From: Heterodontus francisci
Lineage: Eukaryota
NCBI RefSeq assembly: GCF_036365525.1
Contig: NC_090397.1
Span: 54,959,522-55,023,521 of the forward strand
Direction of reading: 5' to 3'
DNA length: 64,000 nt
Each line of letters begins with the position of its first letter. The first letter of the stretch is position 1. This document shows, piece after piece, positions 1 to 12,910 of the stretch. A model generated the notes under the pieces. It had not been told where the DNA came from. It did no database searches and was given only the letters and a program-made list of their open reading frames with translations. Position numbers and translations under genes: made by a program.

Positions 1-414
1 GAAGCAGAAGGATTGGTGGGTTTGCACACTACTGTTTATCCTAGGCTTGAATTTAGTCCAGTCTGACAGGATAAAGTTTCCCTTTTCGTGTTACTGTAAC
101 TATGCTGGGCACAATGAGATTAGGAGAGTCTCTACCTTGTTCCTAATGAACGCAAGCCCACAAAACAATGCATAATGCCCAACCTCATTTAGGAAGTTGT
201 AAACTAGCAGGGAATGGAAATGTCACACTGGTGCTGTATAGTAGGGGTGTCTAAATGTTAGTCTTCACAGGCCACAGTGGCGTGTACTGCTAAGTTTTGA
301 GGGCCGCACATGAAGTTTCCATGAATTTTCATACATCTCAAGTTACTGACATATCTTGGCAGTCTGGTTCACGATTTATCTACCAATGAGGCAACAGTAA
401 CATTTCTTCAGTAA

Positions 415-520
415 GCAGCACTGAAATGTCAGCCTAGATTTTGTGCTCAACACTCTGGAGTGGGACTCAAACTTTTCATCTCAGATGAGCCATGACCAAC
501 ACCTTATGCATATAGTGGCA
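415..520 (-). mobile_element. Degenerate tRNA-derived Deu-type SINE head fragment
   Basis: gtcagcctagatttt-gtgctcaa..ctctggagtgggact matches the better-preserved copy at 50870-50970. Confidence 0.55.
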
Positions 521-1274
521 CACAGATTTTGGGGAACTGCTGCCTGCAGTTGGTGTGGGAGAGTTGAGAAGCCATGTTTATTGTTCCTCACTCACTTCAA
601 ACATATGAAAGAAATAAATCACTTGAGCTTCAGGAATCAGGTGACTCTAGTGGATCTATTTTTCTACATTAAGGAGCAATACGGTGTGAGATTTTAATGC
701 CTGTGGTGATGGAAGGATTAGCAAAAGCTCCCTGAAACACACTGTTTAGTCACCCCTCCAAATATCACCTCCTATGGCTGTGTCCATTTTAGTCTGATCA
801 TGCTTTTGTGAAGTCTCTTTATAAAGGCAAGCCACTTCTGTTGTTGCAATTTATTCCCAGTACACCTGGCCTGCTGCTGGAGATCATAATCAACTCTGCG
901 TACGATTCCTTGTTTGTAGTGCACAGTGGTTAAGGGGAAGCCTCCATGACTGGGGTAAGGTAAGCCTTAATCCAGATTCCAGAACTGAAAGGAAATTGTT
1001 CTAAAAAGGTGCCAGTTACTTGCGGTGGACTTGCCCACTTTGTATGATGTCCTTTCATTACTGCTGAAATAAAGCACATAAAATAGGAACTTCCATTTGG
1101 AAAGTATGATGCCCGCCCCCCACCCCAACCTGTGACTCACCAGGTAACTACGTTGTCTAATGTGGAACTGAGCCATTCATATCAAGGAGGATACATCCTA
1201 TTCCAGGTCTGTGTTGAACTAGCTGATCTCCTCCAGGGTAGCAACAGGGTTTTGGGCGACAAAAGCATAGACTG

Positions 1275-1852
1275 AATGACTATCTGCTTCCATCTCTGTA
1301 ACATTGCCTGCCTCTACTTCTACCTCAGCCCACCTGTGGCTGAAACCCTTATCCATGCCTTTGTCACTTTAAGACTTGACTGTTTCAGTGTTCTCTTGGC
1401 TGGCCTCCCATTCTCTAGCCCAGCACATACTTCAGCTCATCCAACGTATTGCTGCCTGTATCCTAAATTGCCTTGGCCTTGCTGACCTACATTAGATCTC
1501 AGACCCAATGCCTCCATAGAAAATTCTCATCCTCATGTTTGAATTCATCTATGGCCTAGCCCCCCTCTCTCTATAACTTTGCCAGTCCAGAACCTTATCT
1601 TTCACAGACTCTTGCAATTACCCTCTCTTCCCATCACTGGCAGCTGTTTCTTCAGCCAACTTGGCCATATGGTATGGATTCCTTCATTTACCTCTCTACC
1701 CTCAAAACATTCCTTAAAACATACCTCTTCGACCAAGCTTTTAGTCATCTCTCCTAATTTGGACTTTGACTCGGCACCTATATTTTGATTACATCGCTAA
1801 GAAGTGCTTTGGTATATTTTTTTCTACATTAAAGGTGATATATAAATGCAAA
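1275..1852 (+). mobile_element. L2-clade LINE 3' fragment, degenerate
   Basis: ORF 1276-1485 (FHLCNIA..AETLIHAFVTLRLD...LLAGLP) is typical of an L2 ORF2 C-terminus. Ends in the tail ..tataaatgcaaag. Confidence 0.75.
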
Positions 1853-2574
1853 GTATATATGGTAAGGACAGGATTGGACTTTGCTGTGATTTCACTACAG
1901 TTAAACGGCCACACTCAAACATGGATAAGGTAAGACAGGAGGGTTGCGTGACCAGTGTCTATGGAAGCATATGTCAGTGAGGAGTCAATGCCTTCGAAAG
2001 GAAAGGACAGAGTAGAAAATGGATGACAAAAGAAAGGAATAAAAGATGAGTGACTGTCATATTGGTGCTGTAATTGGTAAAAGATTTCCTTAGGCTTACA
2101 GTACTGATTCAGTGCATGACAAACACGCACTATGGGCAACTGTTTACTTGTCTTGAAACTTCAGTCAATAGATACATACATTACAGTGGCATTATTGGCA
2201 ATTCCAATCAACGGGTGATGTGGTTAGCTACAGGCCAACTGTGTGACTCGCTTACTAAGCAGTGTCTGCAAGAGAAATCTGTCTCTCCGAAAAATATACT
2301 GAACTCTGCTCTTGCAAGATCCTCTGTAGCTGGGAAAACAAAGATGCAATACATCTTAGCCATCACTAACCTTGTACAATGCAAGCCATTTATAACAGAC
2401 TAATCTGTGCAGCACTATTTTGCCCATTGTACAGAGCTGGTTGATACAACACCAAGAGCATTACTGTATGCCTAGTGCACACAGGGAGGTCGTGGGAAGC
2501 TCACAATCAGGACTTGTGGAGAAACTGCCATATGTATTATTGATGCTGTTTATTCCATTCATCCATTCATTGGA

Positions 2575-3640
2575 ACAAAGCGAGGTTGAGAGCTGGAGAG
2601 CTGTAGGGAGGGAATTCCAGAACTTTGGGCCTAGGCACCTGAAGGCATGGCCACCGATGGTGGACGATTAAGATCAGGGATGCTCAAGAGGCCGGAATTA
2701 GAGGACCGCAGATATCGGAGGGTTGTAGGGCTGGAGGAGATAGGGAGAGGCCAGGTCATTGAAGGATTTGAAAACATGAATGAGAATTTTAAAATTGAGG
2801 CATTGCTTAACTGGGAGCCAGTGTATCTTAGCAAACACAGGGAAGGGGTAAACAGGATTTGGTGCAAGTTAGGACACAGGCAGCAAAATTTTGGTTGACC
2901 TCAAGTTTACAGAGGGTAGAATGTGGGAGGCCAGCCAGGAGTACATTAGAATAAATCAAGTCTGGAGGTAACAATGACATGGTTGAGGGTTTCAGCAGCA
3001 GATCAGCTGAAGCAGGGATGAAGTCAAGTGATGTTACAGAGGTGGAATAGGCAGTCTAAGTGAAGGCGTGGATATGTGGTTGAAAGTTTATCACAAGATC
3101 AAACATGACACCGAGGTTGTGAACAGTCTCAGACAGTTGTCAGGGAGAGGGATGAAGTCAGTGGCCAGGGAGCGAAGTTTGTGGCGGTGACCAAGGATAC
3201 TGTCTTTAGACTTCTCAATATTTAATTGGAGGAAATTTCTGCCTATCTGGTACTGGATGCTGGTGAAGCAGCCTGACAATTGAGAGACCAAGCTGAGTGC
3301 CACCTGGACGATGCTGGAAAGGCGTTGCAAGATGATGGCGTGATCAACTGTGTCAAAGGCTGCAGACAGGTCGAGAAGGATGAGGAAGGTTAATTTGCCT
3401 TTGCCACAGTCACACAGGATGCCATGTGCTTCTTTGAGAAGAGCCATTTCGGTACTGTGGCAGGAGCGGAAACCTGATTGGAGGGATTCAAACATGGAGT
3501 TCCAGGAAAGGTGGGCATGAATTTGGGAGGCGAAAACATGCTCAAGGACAGTGGAGAGGAAAGGGAGGTTAGAGATGGGAATGGTAGTTTGCAGGGGCGG
3601 AGGGGGTCAAGGTTTTTTGAGAGGGGTGATGTCAGCAGAT
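2575..3640 (-). mobile_element. L2-clade LINE RT fragment with internal deletion
   Basis: ORF 3091-3495 contains QSGFRSCHSTEMALL..LILLDLSAAFDTVDH (RT domains) fused by a deletion to the NFLQLN region. Downstream LRYLRSSNSGLL is L2-like. Confidence 0.85.
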
Positions 3641-3689
3641 GACGGTTCCCATGTTAGCCGACACTGGAATCCCCAAATTGCCAATTGAA

Positions 3690-3850
3690 AATTTCGAAAC
3701 CAAGATTGATAGGTTTTTGTTAGTCAAGGGTATTAATGGTTATGGAACCAAGGTGGTAGATGGAGTTAGGATACTATCAGCCTTCATCTAACTAAATGGC
3801 AGAACAGGCTCCATAGGCGGAATGGTCTCCTCCTGATCCTATATTCCTAT
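3690..3850 (+). mobile_element. CR1 LINE 3' tail fragment
   Basis: gattgataggttttt..aagggtatt..gaatggtctcctcctg matches the CR1 tails at 23100-23320 and 33770-33910. Confidence 0.7.
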
Positions 3851-4709
3851 CCAACTGTCCAAATAAACCACATCCATGTTAAAAGTTCACTATATTTAAA
3901 AAATGTTAAGCACTTTTATTTCAGTAGCTCTAACTAAAATCACCAGTGGTAAAATGCAGGATCCTAAAAGGTACTATCAAAAAAAATTATCGATGCATGA
4001 AACTCCCAATTGCCACAGCCTGCTTACTGAAAATGACAAAGAATCATTTAAACAGGACTCCCCCAAAGACTTAACTGGATAAAGCAGTGATTATCAAAGG
4101 CACACAGTTCAGGAAAAATAACCTATGCAAGCTCTGACAAAAAGGGTAAAAAAAAGAGTTTCTTTAAAGAATCATTATTCTTAAAATGTTTTTAGTCTGC
4201 CTTTCCAATCATGCTCATTGAGCAATGTCAATCACCAGGTGCTGCAAAATGATCCAATGCTTTTCCTATTCCCACACAAAGCTCTTCCACTGCACTCCAT
4301 TGGCTGCCTTCTCCATTGAGACAGTCAGACTTGCTATTCAGACTTAAATTCAAAGGGAAGCAAAATTTTGGAACAACTGATAAATTGTGCAACACGAGTG
4401 ACACTGTTTGGGAATACAGGAGACAGGGCTCCCTGCTGTGAAATGCCCTCACTTGCTCCCTTTATAGTGAATTAAGTGCTAAGCTTGTGCAAGATCCACG
4501 TGGCAACTCTAAAGTAAATTTGTCAGATTTGCTGAGGATGGCAGACAGGACAACCGTGCTTTTTTTTTTAAGTGAAGTCTTCTTAGTGATTGGCTTCAAC
4601 GAATCCAGCATGTTCACTGTGGTGCTGCTGCTCAATGTGAGAGGGGTACGGGCCAAAATTTGCCAGCATTACCAGGGGTACGGCATAATAGAAAAGTAAT
4701 TGATCATTA

Positions 4710-5140
4710 GATTACATAGAATTACATAGTATTTGCAGCACAGCAACAGGCCATTTGGCCTAACTGTTCCATGTTAGTATTTATGCTCTACACAAGCCTC
4801 CTCCCAGCCTATTTCATCTAACTCTATCAGCATAAATTCTATTTCTTTATCCCTCATATGCATATCTAGTTTCCCCTTAAATGCATCTATGTCATCCACC
4901 TCAACTACTCCTGTGGCAACAAATTTTGCATTCTCACCACCTAGTTCCTCCTGAATTTCCTATTGGATTTATTTGTGGCTACCTTATATTTATGGCCCGC
5001 AGTTTTGAACTCCCCCATGCCTATCCTATTAAACTTCTTCATAATACTAAAGACCTTGATCAGGTCACCCCTCAGCCTTCTCCTTTCTAGAGAAAAGAGG
5101 CAGCCTGTTCAATCTTTCCTGATAGGTATAACTTCTCACG
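4710..5140 (-). mobile_element. CR1 LINE 3' fragment
   Basis: (ACATAGA)n-like tail, ggccatttggcc hairpin region, and gatcaggtcacccctcagccttctc (reverse complement of RRLRGDLI). Confidence 0.75.
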
Positions 5141-6308
5141 TGAAGACTGGTCAGCTGGATTAGGGGTAACTGGATAAAATGGCAAAGAAAAAAGAAAAAA
5201 GAAAAAAATTTCTGCCTGTTGTCATTTTCACTAACCAAATGCTTTCATTTTTCCCTTTTACGTATGTGTGAAGCAGCATATAGTGCGGATGCAGATTCAA
5301 ATTTATACAGAGCCCAGGGCTCTGCAATTTACATTTAATCACATCTCTTCAGAGCACTGCAACCTGAGTCACAGCAGTGTCTTCAATTGTCATGGATACC
5401 TCAGTATCATAACATTGGCTCGATGCATATGGGATTTAGCTTTGTGCCGGGCGTAGGGGAAGACGGCGGGGGTGGGAGGAAACTGAATAGAGATCAATGA
5501 TGCTGGGGGGCTGGAGGTGGGGGAAGACAATAATTTTTAATGTAAAAGATGCTTTAATACTGATGTTGGTTTATTTAACATTCTAGAAGACCTGTATCTG
5601 TGAGCAAGTTCTGACCTTATACTATTAAACCTGTCACTCTCACCTCCAATGGCAAAATAGAACCCCAATGAAAAGCAACAAGTTTGCCATTGGCCTAACA
5701 GCTGGAATCAGTACAAACAAGCCCCTCCAAATCAAACTAAAATGGTGCCAGTATGAAAGTGTCTTTAAAGTACTCCAGTCCTCCATGCAGGACAATACTA
5801 ATAGTATGAAAGCATTGAGTAAATAATTCACAGTTTATTTTCCTTTCTTGCCCCTTCAAAATTGAGTCCCGTAGCTGGGAGGTGTTCCACTGATATTATC
5901 AATGATTGTGGATAACTCCATGACCAATATCCAAGCTGGCGAAATCTGGTAATACTCCAGGCCTGCAGTTAACATATTTTATCAGCTGGGGACTGGAAAG
6001 CAATTCTTCCTGGTGAAGAATGATACATATGTGAAAGTTTTGTCTGTTGTCTAATTATAGGAAGAGATTGTAACTTTACTCACTAGCTCTTCCCATGCTT
6101 CTATACAATCTGCAGGCTTGACCTCACTTCACTTCTGCCTTGTCATTTAATTTCATATTCAACCTTGGTGATGTCCTCTATTGGGACCTTGGCCACCAAC
6201 TGAGCCATCGGGAGAGATTCACCACACCACCCCCCACACAAATAGTTTAGTCTGACCAAACAAGTCACAAAAAAAATATACACAACTCATCTAAACAAGA
6301 ACGTTCTA

Positions 6309-6461
6309 CAGTTGCACAAGCCAAGATGGTACTATTTATCAGAAGGTCTTTGCTGTACATTGATGGTTTCAGCTGGTTCTCCAGTTGCACAAGCCAAGAT
6401 GGTACTATTTATCAGAAGGTCTTTGCTGTACATTGATGGTTTCAGCTGGTTCTCCAGTTGC
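6309..6461. repeat. Perfect tandem duplication, 73-bp unit, about 2.1 copies
   Basis: The 73-bp unit CAGTTGCACAAGCCAAGATGG...GGTTCTC starts at 6309 and 6382. Only the first 7 bases (CAGTTGC) recur at 6455. Confidence 0.95.
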
Positions 6462-6895
6462 TCAGCAAGGCTACTGCTTGGCAGGACAGTGAACAAAGTC
6501 AATTGCTGATTTGATTGCTAGGGTACTAGCATTAGAATCTAAAACTTTGCTGGCAGATACTAAATGGATTGTACATTAAGTAGAAGCCCTGCTTAACTCA
6601 ACACCTAACTGATTCTCTAGTATACTCTTAAAGGGGTCATGTTTCATCTCACCTTCTGCATAGAAGTCGCTTTTAAAATAGAACACAAGGATGAAGCCAT
6701 TTTAAAGATAGACTTGTACTTTTTTCAAACAATTTCACATGGGAAAGGATAGAGGCAGCATGGAGATTAGGTTCATGGTTTGCTAGTTATGACAATTAAT
6801 CACAAAACCGAATTTTAATGTTAGTGAGCTTATTTAATGCATCGGAACCAAGCACTTTAGGTAAAATGATCATAAAGGTAGATGGAGGAAGGAAG

Positions 6896-7287
6896 TAGAA
6901 GCTAGCTACCCGACCCGAACCCGATGAGACCCGATGACAAGGTTTGGGTCCGGGTCAGGTTGGGCCCATCTTCCAGGGCCGGCTTTCGGGCTCGGGTTGG
7001 GTCAGGCCGGACACATATGGTAAGTGCTCTGCCGGTAAGTATTAAAAATAAAAAACTTACCTGAGCTGGAAGTCCAGGACGAAACTGAGTCTGCGCAGTG
7101 AGTGAGTGACGTCACTATGACTTCATTGTGCATGCGTTGCAGCTTCTTGCAGGTTTGGTGTCAGGAAGGTAAGTAAAGGGATGGTCGGGTCGGACTCGGG
7201 GAAAAATTGGAGGGACTCGGGCTGGGTCGGGCTGAGGTCCGCAGTGGTTCGATCAGGTTCTTTTTCCTGACCTAAAGCAGGCCTCTA
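6896..7287. mobile_element. Non-autonomous hAT-like DNA transposon (MITE)
   Basis: Imperfect TIRs TAGAAGCTAGC / GCAGGCCTCTA (8/11). 8-bp TSD GAAGGAAG (6888-6895) vs GTAGGAAG (7288-7295). Dense subterminal CCCGA/TCGGG motifs. Confidence 0.8.
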
Positions 7288-7510
7288 GTAGGAAGGGCAT
7301 TCGGCCCATCTTAGCTCACTTATCCAACAGGGATTTACAGCCCCAATATCACAGGACCTAAATCCTTTTTAAAACTGGTGCCGGTGCGCGCTTCTGGCAA
7401 CAGTTTCTGAAGTGCAGGTCTCTCTCAGCCACGGGAAAATCCAATGTAAATCCACCATTTTCACCAAATCTGGCCACTAGGAAGATCCGCTTTGTATCAA
7501 TTTTCCTGAC

Positions 7511-9885
7511 ACAAGAACACAAGAAATAGGAGCAGAAGTAGATCCATATGGCTCATCTAGCCTGCTTCACCATTCAATATGATCATGGCTGCTCTCGGAC
7601 TTTAATTCCACTTTCCTGCATGCTCTCTATTTCCCTTGATTCTCTGCGAGACAAAAAATCCATCTATTCCAGCCTTAAATGTATTCAATGATGGAGCATC
7701 CACAACCCTCTGGGGCAGAGAATTCCAAAGATTCACAACCCTTTGAGTACAGTAATTTCTCATCTCAGTCCTGAATGATCGGCCCCTTATCCTGAGACTG
7801 TCCAGATTTCCTGACCAGTGAGAACATTCTCTCAGCTTCTACCCTATCAAGCCCTTTCAGAATCTTGTATGTCTCAATTAGATTGCCTCTCATTCTTCTA
7901 AATTCCAGAGAATAGAGGCCCAATTCACTCAGCCTCTCATTATCGGACAAGCCCCCTAATCCCAGGGACCAATTCAGTAAATCTTCGCTGCACTGCCTCC
8001 AGTGCAAGTATATCCTTTCTTAAATGTGGAGACCAAAACTGCACACAGTATTCCACGCATGGTCTCACCAAAGCCCTGTACAATCTTAGTAAGACTTCTT
8101 TATTCCTGTACTCCAATCCCCTTGCAATAAAGGCCAACATGCCATTTGCCTTCCTAATAGCCTGCTGCACCTGCATGTTAACTTTGTGCATTCCTTGTAT
8201 GAATACCCCAAGTCTCTCTGAACCTCAACACTTACTAGTTTCACACCTTTTAAAAAATATTCTGTTTTTCTATTTTTATGACTAAAGTGAACAACTTCAC
8301 ACTTCCCTACATTATACTCCATTTTCCATCTTGTTGCCCACTCACTTAACCTGTCTATATCTCTTTGCAGTCTCTCTATGTCCACCCCACAGCTTACTTT
8401 TCCACTGAGCTTTGTATCATCAGCAAACTTAGATACATTACTCTCTGCCTCTTCATCCAAGTCATTAATATAGTGTAAATAGCAGAGGCCCCAGTACTGA
8501 TCCTTGCAGCACCCCACTATTCACTGTCTGCCAACTTGAAAATGCCCCATTTATACCCACTCTCTGCTTCCTGTCTGTTAACCAATCCTCTATCCACGCT
8601 AATATATTACCCCCAACACTATGAGCCCTTATCTTGCCTATTAATCTTTTATGTGGCACTTTATCGAATGCCTTTTGAAAATCCAGGTATACTACATCTA
8701 CTGGTTCCCTTTTATCTACCCAACTAGTTACATCCGCACAAAACTCTAATAAATTTGTCAAACAGGATCTCCCTTTAGTAAAACCATGCTGACTTGTTCT
8801 AATCATACTGTGCTTTCCCAAGTGTAATGTTAAGACTTCTTTCATAATAGTTTCCAGCATCTTCCCAATGACTGATGTTAGGCTAACTGGCCTCTAGTTC
8901 CCCATTTTCTCTCTACCTCTTTTCTTAAAAAGCGGCGTAACACTTGCCAACTTCCAATGTGACGGGACCATTCCTGAATCTAAGGAATTCTGGAAAATCA
9001 TAGCCAGTGCATCCACTATCTCTGCAGTTATCTCTTTTAGAACCCGAGGATGTAGGCCATCTGGTCCTGGAGACTTGTCAGATTTTAGTTCCTCAAGTTT
9101 CTCCAATACTTTTGCTCGACTGATATCAATATCCTTAATTTCCTCACTCTTTTTAGCCCCTAGGTTACTGCCTATTTCTGGTATGGAACTTGTGTCTTCT
9201 ACTGTGAAGACAAACACAAAATATTTGTTCAATGCCGCTGCCATTTCCTCATTCCCCATGATGATTTCTCCTGTCTCTGCCTCTAAGGGACCAATGTCTA
9301 CTTTAGCTACTCTCTTCCTTTTTATGTACTTATAAAAGCTCTTACAATCTGTTTTTATATCGCTGGTCAGTTTACTCTCATTCTACTTTTTCCCTTTCAT
9401 CAACTTTTTGGTGGCCCTTTGCTAGCTTCTAAAACATTCCCAATCCTCAGACTTGCTACTATATTTTGCAACATTGTAAGCCTCTTCTTTTAGTCTAATA
9501 ATCTCCTTAACTTCCTAAGTGAGCCATGGATGGATCTTTCTGGACGAGTTTTTGAACGGAATGTATTTTTGTTGAACTCTTTGAATTGTTTCTTTAAATG
9601 TTTCCCACTGTTTATTTACCTCCATACCTTCTAGTCTATTTACCCAATTAACCTTAGCCAGTTCTCCCCTCATACCTTCATAATTGGCTTTAAGTTTAAG
9701 ATTCTTGTTTGTGATTGAAATGTGTCACTTTCCAACTTAACATGAAATTCAATGGTATTTTGATCACTATTTCCCAGTGGATCTTTTACTATGACTTTGT
9801 TTATTAACCCTGCTTCATTACACAATACGAGATCGAAGATAACTTTATCCCTAGTTGGTTCTACAACGTATTGCTCCAATTGTCA
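7511..9885 (-). mobile_element. CR1 (HER1-like) LINE, 5'-truncated, frameshifted ORF2
   Basis: Minus-strand ORFs give YVVEPTRDKVIFDLVL (end of the EN domain), [42 protein letters not shown] and LYSLEFRRMRG, followed by a CR1 tail at 7511. Confidence 0.95.
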
Positions 9886-9960
9886 CGAAAGCTTTCTATG
9901 GCTGTATTTGGCAGAGCCAGCAAGAATGCACTGGGAATGATGATGCAAATGCTTCACTGA

Positions 9961-11010
9961 TCTATCATGATAATAATCAGTTTTATCTGTCCGGAATATT
10001 TTGACAGGTCAGTTTAAGGGTCAAATCTGTTGGGAGGGTTTATTTGGTAGGTGGTGCCTGGTGCACACAGAGGCACGTGGGGTGCATGGAGGACTGGAGC
10101 TTGTGACGCTCACGCGGCTGCCAACAGTTGGTGGCAGAGGCGGCAGCAGAGTGGGGGGTGCTGGTAAAGAACAAAAACAGCAGAAGGTAAGGGGAACCCA
10201 ACAACTAAGTTACTGGAGAGATTGGTTCCATGATGGATGGGATGCGATCGATTGGGATGGCAAGACCGAGAAGGGGGGTGCATGGGAGGGATGGAAAGAA
10301 TATGGTGGGGATGGCATGGGAAGGATGGAAGAGATGATGGAATTGGTTAGGTGCGGCAAATGGTGGGACAATTATTTGATACAAACTTATTCTTTGTGCT
10401 AAAAATGACGATTCATTAGATTTGAATGAAAAAGCTGTCAGGTGAATTGAAATACATCAGCGTTGATTCTATAGATGAAGACAATGATAACAGTCTTTAC
10501 CCTTCAGTTTCTACACAGTCCAATTCCAATGGGCATGCCACTGCACAAACATAGACTCAAGGAAGGAGCAGTTATAATATTGCTACAAACCTTGAATTCT
10601 AAACAAGGGCTTTGTCATGAAACAAGATTGGTGGTGAGGAAGCAGTGTTCTTTGATGATAGATGCTGAAATTATAACAAGCAGATTTAAAGCACAGTGTT
10701 TATTCCCGAATAATACTGAGCTCATCAGGTGTAAACCTACCTTTTCAACTCGGGAGAAAACAGTTCTCAATTAGACTTTCATATTCTATGACTATAAACA
10801 AGTCACAAGATCAGACTCATGACAAAATTTGTATTTATATTCCTAGGCCTGTTTTCACGCTTGGACAGCCTTATGTACCTTTTCTCAAAGTGAGAAGTTT
10901 TGATTGTTAAAAGTCTTTGGTGAAAGAATAACTAGAATCTTGTATTTAATGAAATACTGTTGCAACAAAGATACTAATTTGACCACAAATGTTTTGCGGG
11001 TCTCTGCTAG
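9961..11010 (+). mobile_element. Non-autonomous Helitron with a decayed C-terminal Pif1-like helicase fragment
   Basis: 5' A|TCTATC at 9960/9961 and 3' CTAG|T at 11010/11011. Subterminal hairpin CCACAAA-tgt-TTTGCGG (10983-10999). Helicase remnants at about 10370-10920 (GMPLHKHRLKEGAVIILL.TLNSKQGLCHETRLVV, MTINKSQ, ..GQPYV). Confidence 0.85.
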
Positions 11011-11394
11011 TATCAGTATAAAAGCAACTTAACTATTCCCTAAGGTTCCTTATACAACCCTAACTCATCATTCTTAACATATGTTTGAATATGGGTAATA
11101 TTTATTGTGTGACACTCTTAAACCTTCGCCTTGATTTGCTCCCACCGCTCATAACTAGTGACTTCACACTGAAAATTGGCATTCCGGTTTGGTGCAGCTG
11201 TAATAACTCAAGAAGCTTGATGACATCCAGGGCAGGGTACTTACTTGCATGTGTCTCTACCACTGGAATCAATATTCAACCCTGCCTTCTCCAGCATTTT
11301 CTGGCTGCAGAATGTTTATCTAAAGGATTTGTTGCAGCAACCTACCAAGGATGCTTCAGATAGCAGCTCTCTCTCCACAACCTCTGCTACCGAG

Positions 11395-11610
11395 AAGGGC
11401 AAATGCAGCAATATCATGGAAATTCCGTCACTTACAAGTCACACACCGCCCTGCCATGGACAGTCCACCCATCATTCAACGTTGCTCGTCAATATCCTGG
11501 AATTCCTTACCTAACACAGTTGGGGGGAGCAGTATGGGCACATGTTACAAAGAGAAGGTTCACCACCACCTGGAATGGACAATAAATGTAGATTGGCTAG
11601 CTTCACCCTC
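11395..11610 (+). mobile_element. Old 3' fragment of the CR1/L2-type LINE family seen at 41580-44560
   Basis: aagtcacacacc..cctg, atcctggaattccttacctaacac and caataaatg match that family's 3' end. Confidence 0.55.
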
Positions 11611-12590
11611 ACAGAAAGCAAACACTGAAAAGACAATTAGAATTCTGTCCACTGATTGAAAGCTTTCAATACTGGAGCCCATGAACAGATAAGGCAGCTA
11701 AAATCTCCAACACCACCTGTTACTTATACTAATACTTTAGTGAGACAAAAACTAGGCCAAATTGGAAAAGTTTCAGCTCCTCTTCCTAGGTCCCAATTCG
11801 TTTGTTGTTTATCACTGGATCTGCTTCTCAGACTAGTGGGAGTGTTCTGTCCCTCTGTTCCTGTGACAGTCTCTAAACACATCAATGTCATCACTCCTAT
11901 AAGCTCACTGACTGGATGGATGCTTGTAATATTTCATCACAGGGGCATAACTGTTTGGGTGTGTGGAAAGTAGGCAGAACATTATTTAATAAAAGCAAAA
12001 TACTGCGGATGCTGGAAATCTGAAATAAAAAAAAGAAATGCTGGAAATACTCAGCAGGTCTGGCAGCATCTGTGGTGAGAGAAGCAGAGTTAACATTTCA
12101 GGTCAGTGACCCTTCTTCAGAACTGCAAAATTCCAGTGTCGGGGTCAGTAGAGCAGCTGAAGTGAGGCAGCTGCAGATTTATTTAAGTTGTGTGAACCGC
12201 CTGACTCTGGAGACCCCTGCAATGTCAGGAACACAGGTTACTTGTGGATCAATGCTGTAACATCATTTAAAAGGAAGTTGGATAAAGATTTAGAAAGGAA
12301 AGATATAACAGGAGGCAGGGAAGTGAGATTAGAACACATGGTCCATCTCCGACACTTCCCCTCATCTTTACATGGTCCATCTCCGACACTTCCCTTCCTC
12401 GACTTCTCTATCTCCATCTCTGGGGATAGGCTGTCTATTAATATCCAATATAAGCCCACCGACTCCCATAGCTACCTCTATACACTTCTTTGCACCCTGC
12501 CTCCTGTAAGGACTCCATTCCATTCTCTCAGTTTCTCCGTCTCCGACGCATCTGCTCTGATGATGTTACCTTCCATGACAGCACTTCTGA

Positions 12591-12764
12591 TAAATTGCCA
12601 CTAGTATAGGTAGGTGGTAGGGAAATATAGGGACAGGTGGGGATGTGGTAGGAATATGGGATTAGTGTAGTATTAGTATAAATGGGTGGTTGATGGTCGG
12701 CACAGACTCGGTGGGCCGAAGGGCCTGTTTCAGTGCTGTATCTCTAAACTAAACTAAACTAAAC
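12591..12764 (+). mobile_element. 5'-truncated HE1-type (V-)SINE nested in the Penelope element
   Basis: Matches 29259-29385 and ends in the HER1/CR1-derived tail gtgggccgaagggcctgtttcagtgctgtatctc(TAAAC)n. Confidence 0.85.
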
Positions 12765-12910
12765 ATGTCTTCCTTTTTCCTCAACTGAGGATTCCCGCCC
12801 ACTGTGGTTGACAGGGCCCTCAACCGTGTCCGGCCCATTTCCCGCACCTCTACCCTCACCCCTTCCCCTCCCAGAACCGCGACAGGGTTCCCCTTGTCCT
12901 CACTTTCCAA

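Noticed and set aside
4228-4699. Short ORFs in unique sequence (also 14107-14292, 17683-17999, 38264-38506, 57831-58161)
   Set aside because: No recognisable homology or convincing exon borders; lengths are as expected by chance.
10475-10774. PIF1 helicase gene
   Set aside because: Frameshifted, intronless fragment bounded by Helitron termini.
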